DNA from: a bacterium
GTDB taxonomy: Bacteria > UBA8248 > JACPRG01 > G963555815
Direction of reading: 5' to 3'
DNA: 64,000 nucleotides
Assembly (NCBI GenBank): GCA_965218795.1
Contig: OZ244653.1
Location: 3,264,001-3,328,000 of the forward strand
This document shows, in pieces, positions 61,556-64,000 of this stretch. A program made the translations under genes and the position numbers. How positions within the stretch are numbered: the first letter of the stretch is position 1; every line of letters begins with the position of its first letter. The notes under the pieces were generated by a model that saw nothing but the letters and a program-made list of their open reading frames with translations, made no database searches and had not been told where the DNA came from.

Positions 61556-62041
61556 TCAGTCTTTCCGCCGAGGATAAATCGTGCACACGGCATGCGCGGC
61601 AATGCCCTCTTCCCGACCCGCAAATCCGAGCCGTTCCGTGGTTGTTGCCTTGACGCTCACCGCGGCGGCGGGAACTTTCAAGCTCTCGGCGATTCGCTTG
61701 GCCATTTCCGGAATGTACGGAGCCAGCTTGGGCTTTTGGGCCACAACCGTCAAGTCGACGTTGACGGGATCATATCCCTTTTCTTCCAAGAGCGCCCGTA
61801 CGCGCTTCAATAGAACCAGGCTGGAGATGCCTTTGTAGGCCGGGTCGGTATCGGGAAAATACGCGCCGATGTCTCCGAGGGCGGCCGCGCCGAGAAGCGC
61901 GTCACAGAGAGCATGCAGAGCGACATCCGCGTCACTGTGACCTTCAAGGCCCAAGACATGCGGCACATTCACCCCGCAGAGGATCAACTCGCGACCCTCT
62001 GCCAGAGCGTGAACGTCGTATCCCACGCCCACCCGAATCAA
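61556..62041 (-). CDS. ispF: 2-C-methyl-D-erythritol 2,4-cyclodiphosphate synthase
   Basis: GYDVH, GHSDADV..H and KATTTERLG motifs. Confidence 0.97.
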   Translation of the reverse strand: MIRVGVGYDVHALAEGRELILCGVNVPHVLGLEGHSDADVALHALCDALLGAAALGDIGAYFPDTDPAYKGISSLVLLKRVRALLEEKGYDPVNVDLTVVAQKPKLAPYIPEMAKRIAESLKVPAAAVSVKATTTERLGFAGREEGIAAHAVCTIYPRRKD

Positions 62042-62116
62042 ACTACATTCTCCCGTCCTTGGCCAAGCGCGCGAAGCGCTCCAATGGAATGGACCGTCGG
62101 CTTCCGCCTCCCGCCC

Positions 62117-62941
62117 TCACCCCGCCGCATCACTCTGCCCGCCCCTGGCATTCTTCGGTCGACCCCTCACCCGACCTTTGGACGCCGACCACAGAGCTTC
62201 GGCCAGCAATAGATCTTCCGGGTTTGTGACCTTCAAATTGCGTTCGTCCCCGGGGACGATCCATGCACGCCCGCCGGCCTGTTCGACAAAGGAGGCGTCA
62301 TCCGTTCCGTCGAAACCTGTCCGTTCCGCGTTCCGGAGAGCCTTCCGAAATATTTCAGAGCGAAAGGCCTGGGGCGTCTGAGCCCTCCAGAGGGTTTCGC
62401 GCTCCATCGTCTTTCGAACCCACCCTCCCGGACGGCCGCTCTGGCCTTTCGGGGTGGATGAAGCCCGGCTTCTCTTGATGGTATCCGTCTCGGGAACCGC
62501 GGCGAGGGCCGCGCCGAGATCGAAGGCGGCCTCCGCCACTTGATCGATCAACTCGGGCGTGACCAAGGGCCGCGCTCCGTCATGCACCAACAAGACGTCG
62601 AAAGACAGGGGAATCCGTTCCACGCATCGCCGGACGGACTCTCCGCGGGTCGATCCCCCCGTGACAACCGCCCTGACTTTACGAAATCCATAAGCCCGGA
62701 CAAATTCACGTCGGACCCAGGTGACCCGTCCGGGAGGCGCCGCAATGTAAACCGCGTCGATCGAAGAACGCTCCAGCGCCCGGAGGACGTGGACCAAGAG
62801 AGGTAATCCGTCCAGGTGTTGAAACTGTTTGGAGGATCCGGCGGCGCTGAAGCGTGTGCCGAAGCCCGCCGCGGGGACGATGGCCGCGCTCTGAAATACC
62901 GCTTCGGGCCGACGGGTTTCGCGACGCATGAATTCGGGCAT
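62117..62941 (-). CDS. ispD: 2-C-methyl-D-erythritol 4-phosphate cytidylyltransferase
   Basis: PAAGFGTR, VHDGARP, AQTPQAF, TDDAS and NLKVT motifs. Confidence 0.96.
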   Translation of the reverse strand: MPEFMRRETRRPEAVFQSAAIVPAAGFGTRFSAAGSSKQFQHLDGLPLLVHVLRALERSSIDAVYIAAPPGRVTWVRREFVRAYGFRKVRAVVTGGSTRGESVRRCVERIPLSFDVLLVHDGARPLVTPELIDQVAEAAFDLGAALAAVPETDTIKRSRASSTPKGQSGRPGGWVRKTMERETLWRAQTPQAFRSEIFRKALRNAERTGFDGTDDASFVEQAGGRAWIVPGDERNLKVTNPEDLLLAEALWSASKGRVRGRPKNARGGQSDAAG

Positions 62942-63975
62942 CAGGATGCCGTCATTTGCTCCACGTCTTCTTTGAGCCGGGTGAATATCATCCGGCCCGC
63001 GGTGGTCTGCAAAACGCTGGTGACGACAACCTCCACGTTCCGTCCGATACTTTTTCTTGCATTGTCGACGACCACCATCGTGCCGTCATCCAGGTAGGCC
63101 ACACCCTGCCCGTATTCCTTGCCTTCCTTGAGGACAAAGACGTTCATCTCCTCGCCCGGCAGGACGACGGGTTTCATCGCATTGGCCAGTTCGTTGATAT
63201 TGAGGACCGTCACCCCTTGAAGTTCGGCCACCTTATTCAGGTTGAAGTCGTTGGTGAGGATCTTCCCGTTCATCTCTTTCCCCAGGGCGACCAGCTTAGC
63301 GTCGACCTCGCGAATGTGAGGGAAGTCTTTGTTGATCACCTGCACATCGAGATTCGGGTCTTTCTGAATTTTCTGGAGGATGTCCAGCCCGCGACGTCCC
63401 CGATTCCGCTTCAATGAATCGGAGGAGTCCGCGATATGCTGAAGCTCCTTCAGAATGAACTGGGGAACCACGATATGTCCATCGACAAAACCGGTCTCCG
63501 TGATATCCGCGATGCGGCCGTCGATGATCACGCTGGTATCCAGGATATTGGTTCGTTCGCGGGAACTTTTCCGGGCTTCCTCCTCACTGGCCGGTTGCTT
63601 CCCTCCGGCCTGAAGGGTGAAGTCCTCTCCCTTGCGAAGCCCCACCAGTAAACCCAAACAGCCGGTCACGAAGTAAAGGGTCAATACAATCACCGACATC
63701 AAACGCGCCGATTCCACGGGTAACGCCAGCACCGGCGCTGCCAGAAGCTTGGCCGCAACCAGTCCGATCAGCAAACCGAGAAAGCCCCCTGCGACGCTTC
63801 TGGGTGAGTATGCGGACATCCACCATTCGAGAATGACGATCAAGAGAGCGACGGAAACACCCACGGCCGCGCCAACTCCTGCGGCAAGCGCCCCTCCGGA
63901 TGAGACAAATCCCCCGATGTAACCGGCGATCGCGCCCAGAAGGAGCAATAAGGCCCGAATCCAAGTCGGCCTCAC
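62941..63975 (-). CDS. PIN/TRAM domain membrane protein (YacL-like)
   Basis: N-terminal TM helices; LDTSVIIDGRI, RGRRGLD, TNDFNLNKVA and YLDDGTMVVV motifs. Confidence 0.93.
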   Translation of the reverse strand: MRPTWIRALLLLLGAIAGYIGGFVSSGGALAAGVGAAVGVSVALLIVILEWWMSAYSPRSVAGGFLGLLIGLVAAKLLAAPVLALPVESARLMSVIVLTLYFVTGCLGLLVGLRKGEDFTLQAGGKQPASEEEARKSSRERTNILDTSVIIDGRIADITETGFVDGHIVVPQFILKELQHIADSSDSLKRNRGRRGLDILQKIQKDPNLDVQVINKDFPHIREVDAKLVALGKEMNGKILTNDFNLNKVAELQGVTVLNINELANAMKPVVLPGEEMNVFVLKEGKEYGQGVAYLDDGTMVVVDNARKSIGRNVEVVVTSVLQTTAGRMIFTRLKEDVEQMTAS

Positions 63976-64000
63976 GGCACCTCACTCCTTTGCTGCATGA

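Noticed and set aside
63982-64000. 3' end of an upstream minus-strand gene
   Set aside because: Only a few codons are visible, so it cannot be identified.

Overview
GC-rich bacterial chromosome segment in two parts. The left part (1-25.4 kb) is metabolic and accessory. It holds an F420 biosynthesis operon (cofG-cofH-fbiE-like-cofD-cofC, cut by the window edge) and leuCD. A low-GC islet at about 6.3-8.5 kb carries a coiled-coil/AT-hook/winged-helix protein and an integron-type gene cassette, a frameshifted PD-(D/E)XK nuclease bracketed by two attC-like sites, with no integrase in the window. Next come an Fe-alcohol dehydrogenase, a thioesterase, an orphan coxM/coxS-like pair, a candidate structured RNA ahead of a decayed thermonuclease, two EamA transporters, lutA, a lutB-lutC fusion, several oxidoreductases and ald. 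The right part (25.4-64 kb) lies entirely on the minus strand. It is the contiguous tRNA-tuf-rpmG-secE-nusG-rplKAJL-rpoBC-str-S10-spc-alpha supercluster, preceded by PIN/TRAM-ispD-ispF-cysS-rlmB. Gene order and an RpoB insertion suggest a Nitrospinota/Tectomicrobia/Acidobacteriota-like lineage (inference only). All calls come from reading the sequence and recalled family motifs; no searches were run.
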